Part shown: piece after piece, positions 61,381 to 64,000 of the stretch
Layout: every line of letters starts with the position of its first letter
Numbering within the stretch: the stretch's first letter is position 1
DNA from: Neoechinorhynchus agilis
Taxonomy: Eukaryota; Animalia; Acanthocephala
Reading direction: 5' to 3'
NCBI GenBank assembly: GCA_051530055.1
Contig: CM121343.1
Location: 94,389-158,388 of the forward strand
Length of the DNA stretch: 64,000 nucleotides
Position numbers and translations under genes: made by a program
The notes under the pieces: model-generated
The model's input: only the letters and a program-made list of their open reading frames with translations
Told to the model about the DNA's origin: nothing
Databases searched by the model: none

Positions 61381-62418
61381 TTAATTTTTCTCTGAAGTAG
61401 CCTCTTGTGCAGGTCCCATTGCCATTCGCTCCCTTGCACATTTTGCCATGTAGTCGTCCAATTGTTTGTCGAGAAACTCCAATGTCACGCGAGGACGTTT
61501 TCTGATCGGACAATCATTTTGTGGCTTCGACTCTCTTTTTCTACCTTGCTGGAATCTATTGAACTCGGACGACCACGGTCTTGTTTCACTCTTTTGGCGA
61601 TTGTCCTGTCTTCTTTGTGCCGATTCACCAATATTTAATTTGGTAGCCTCTTGTGCAGGTCCCATTGCCATTCGCTCCCTTGCACATTTTGCCATGTAGT
61701 CGTCCAATTGTTTGTCGAGAAACTCCAATGTCACGCGAGGACGTTTTCTGACCGGACAATCATTTTGTGGCCTTGACTCTCTTTTTCTACCTTGCTGGAA
61801 TCTATTGAACTCGGACGACCACGGTCTTGTTTCACGCTCTTGGCGATTGTCCTGTCTTCTCTGTGCCGATTCACCAATATTTAATTTGGTAGCCTCTTGT
61901 GCCGGTCCCATTGCCATTCGCTCCCTTGCACATTTTGCCTTATAGTCGTCCAATTGTTTGTCGAGAAACTCCAATGTCACGCGAGGACGTTTTCTGACCG
62001 GACAATCATTTTGTAGCCTTGACTCTCTTTTTCTACCTTGTTGGAATCTATTGAACTCGGACGACCACGGTATTGTTTCACGCTCTTGGCGATTGTACTG
62101 TCTTGTTTCCCGCCAGTAATTTCGATATCTTTTATAATTTCGGTTGTGTGATGGCGGTCGATAATTAGAATTTCGATTGGCTCTCCATTGAAGTTTATAA
62201 AAACTACTTTCATTATCTTGGCGTCGCCGGCTAACATTTTGTGAGTGCCGTGTTAAGTGATCGCCTCTACGCTCGAAAGCTGGCATTTGATTTCGGTCTC
62301 TGTTGCGTGGTTGGTGATAGTTTGTTGACTGTCGATTAGTTTCGATTCGATTTGAACGTGACCAAGACTGTTTTGATCTCTTGAAGATTGGTGAGTGATC
62401 ACTGATTCGCCGTTGCAT
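61381..62418 (-). CDS. Arg-rich 345-aa protein with three 82-aa (246-bp) repeats, each with a CHTOP/ALYREF-type UAP56-binding-like motif
   Basis: Single-exon ORF; three in-frame copies of PRVTLEFLDKQLDDY(M/K)AKC at ~61441, 61687 and 61933; R/N/Y/Q-rich N-terminus. Confidence 0.7.
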   Translation of the reverse strand: MQRRISDHSPIFKRSKQSWSRSNRIETNRQSTNYHQPRNRDRNQMPAFERRGDHLTRHSQNVSRRRQDNESSFYKLQWRANRNSNYRPPSHNRNYKRYRNYWRETRQYNRQERETIPWSSEFNRFQQGRKRESRLQNDCPVRKRPRVTLEFLDKQLDDYKAKCARERMAMGPAQEATKLNIGESAQRRQDNRQERETRPWSSEFNRFQQGRKRESRPQNDCPVRKRPRVTLEFLDKQLDDYMAKCARERMAMGPAQEATKLNIGESAQRRQDNRQKSETRPWSSEFNRFQQGRKRESKPQNDCPIRKRPRVTLEFLDKQLDDYMAKCARERMAMGPAQEATSEKN

Positions 62419-63471
62419 CTCTCTTTAAGTTGTAAAATATCGCAATTGTTATCGATAGACGTTATATTCGAAGGAAGGAGATACGATCGTGGGTTTGTTC
62501 GAACTGTTAATAAATAGTAAACCGAAGCTGTTGATAAACTTATTTGTTAGTGTTAGGCTCGCTTCTCACGTTACCACGTGATCATTTCTATTGTTAGCTG
62601 CCTAATAAATATGCCTTTTAATTGCTGTTAATTAGAGAACATCATAATATTTATAGAGTTTTACGAGACCGATAATTTTTACTTTGATATTACAAGCGAT
62701 TGACTTGTTTGACTATCTGATAAATTTTTGCTGGCAGCGCTCCCAAGCCAAAAGCGTATAGTCCTCATGCCATAGATGTTTTTAGGAGTGCCAATACCTT
62801 GAAGTAATGGAAATTTACTTAAAAGGAGGACAAATGAAATCAGCAATCGATGTTCGTTAAAGATGAGAAAATCGATACCTAAAGCTCTATAGGTACGTTA
62901 AAAATCCAGTTTCATTAGATTGGGGTCCGAACATATCGGAAAAGTTGACAATATAATTAAAGTTCGATCGTAACTATTTTATCGTCACGTTTCCTGTAGA
63001 AAAATTAGCCGGAAAGGATGAATAGAACGCCAAGCGACAAATCTTCAACTGAAGCTGTCCGTGCAAGTTACCAGCTTAGCAAGGCAGTGGATAAATGTCG
63101 CAAGTTCTTAAACCATTCGTGAGAGAACTCATGTTTTAAAGCCATGATTAGCTTTAGAGCGTTAATCAATTTACACGCTACACTTTGTCGACTAATGAGT
63201 CGTTTTTGCATAATTTTGGAATCTTATTCCGTGGCGGTTAGTATTTGTTACTGATTTATTGAAACCTTTGCTTTGTAGCCAGCCAAATTAAAGTCACATC
63301 CAAAACTGCAATGACCAATATATTCGCAGTCGCAAACACATAGCGAAAAGTTCACCAAAGCGATTCTCCACCATTTCAAAAGACATCAAATTATGTTTCA
63401 TCGCAGAAATTCTTAACCGTGTTAGCAACATTCTATTTATTAAGTGTATAATTCTAACAAAAAGGTTATAT

Positions 63472-64000
63472 TCAGTTTTCATGTTCCCGTATAAGCCTCT
63501 TCACAAAACTTTCTCCTGCAGGATCTCTTCCTTTCCCGAATACTCCTTTGAAAAGGAATTCCTTGTTCCTAATCCTCATGAAAACGTTTCTAATCTTGAA
63601 ATGTTGTACGTCCCATTTCATATATTTTGGTTCGCTAATTCCAATAATTATATCATCGGTCTCAGGGTACTCTTCGACGTCTTCACCGCTCAGAGAATCT
63701 GCCGAATCAATTGTTATCCTTTCACTTTTATCAATTTCTACTTTTTCAATACTTTCTTCACTTATATCACCAATGTCACTGTCTTCTATCTTGTTTTGCA
63801 TTGAATCTTCTAAAGACAAGTCACTACTATTTTGATTCATCGAGTCTCCAACACGAGTCCTGGCCTCCATCCTTCCTCTAGTTAAAGTTTCTATCTCGTT
63901 AGATCCATCGATATCACACGTATCGATTGAAGAGACGCTTACAAGGTCTTCCTCCATATCCTCTAACATTCTTCTATTTGAAATTAGTACCTCATTCATT
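63472..64000 (-). CDS. Acidic protein, 3' part; divergent TFIIA large-subunit (alpha/beta)-like C-terminus; 5' end outside the window
   Basis: Long D/E-rich stretch, then ETDDIIIG..FKIRNVFMRIRNKEFLFKGVFG, alignable by eye to the TFIIA C-terminal beta-barrel (DTENVVVC..FHLKDGIMNLNGRDYIFSKAIG). Confidence 0.5.
   Translation of the reverse strand, partial: MNEVLISNRRMLEDMEEDLVSVSSIDTCDIDGSNEIETLTRGRMEARTRVGDSMNQNSSDLSLEDSMQNKIEDSDIGDISEESIEKVEIDKSERITIDSADSLSGEDVEEYPETDDIIIGISEPKYMKWDVQHFKIRNVFMRIRNKEFLFKGVFGKGRDPAGESFVKRLIREHEN

Overview
AT-rich eukaryotic DNA from an invertebrate animal with mostly 40-60 nt introns; the species cannot be named from the sequence. Well-supported genes: ADSL (partial, -), a ~14 kb Cav2 calcium-channel alpha1 gene (+), a Tyr/Arg/Ser-rich ORF (-), a signal-CTLD-EGF-TM protein (+), an intronless STRA6-like gene (+), MCM5 (-), an LRR-FN3-TM protein (-), CASK (-), a cathepsin L-like protease (-) head-to-head with a secreted triple-Kunitz protein (+), an Arg-rich ORF with three UAP56-binding-like motifs (-), and a partial, divergent TFIIA-large-subunit-like ORF (-). 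Decayed sequences include a cenH3/H3-like pseudogene and remnants of RTE, L2/CR1, CRE and Penelope-like retroelements. There are three tandem arrays (168, 336 and ~235 bp units). The most striking signal is a dispersed family of minimal type I hammerhead-ribozyme folds: eight with intact catalytic cores plus several degenerate copies. Many are in inverted pairs, lie in host introns or sit next to Penelope remnants, and one appears to have been amplified into the 168-bp satellite. Other oddities: two introns that need non-AG acceptors (GT-GG in Cav2, GT-AC in MCM5), several GC-AG introns, a 55-bp insertion with a target-site duplication in the cathepsin propeptide, and a LINE-linked satellite abutting the MCM5 start. 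All alignments and folds were done by eye; no search was run.
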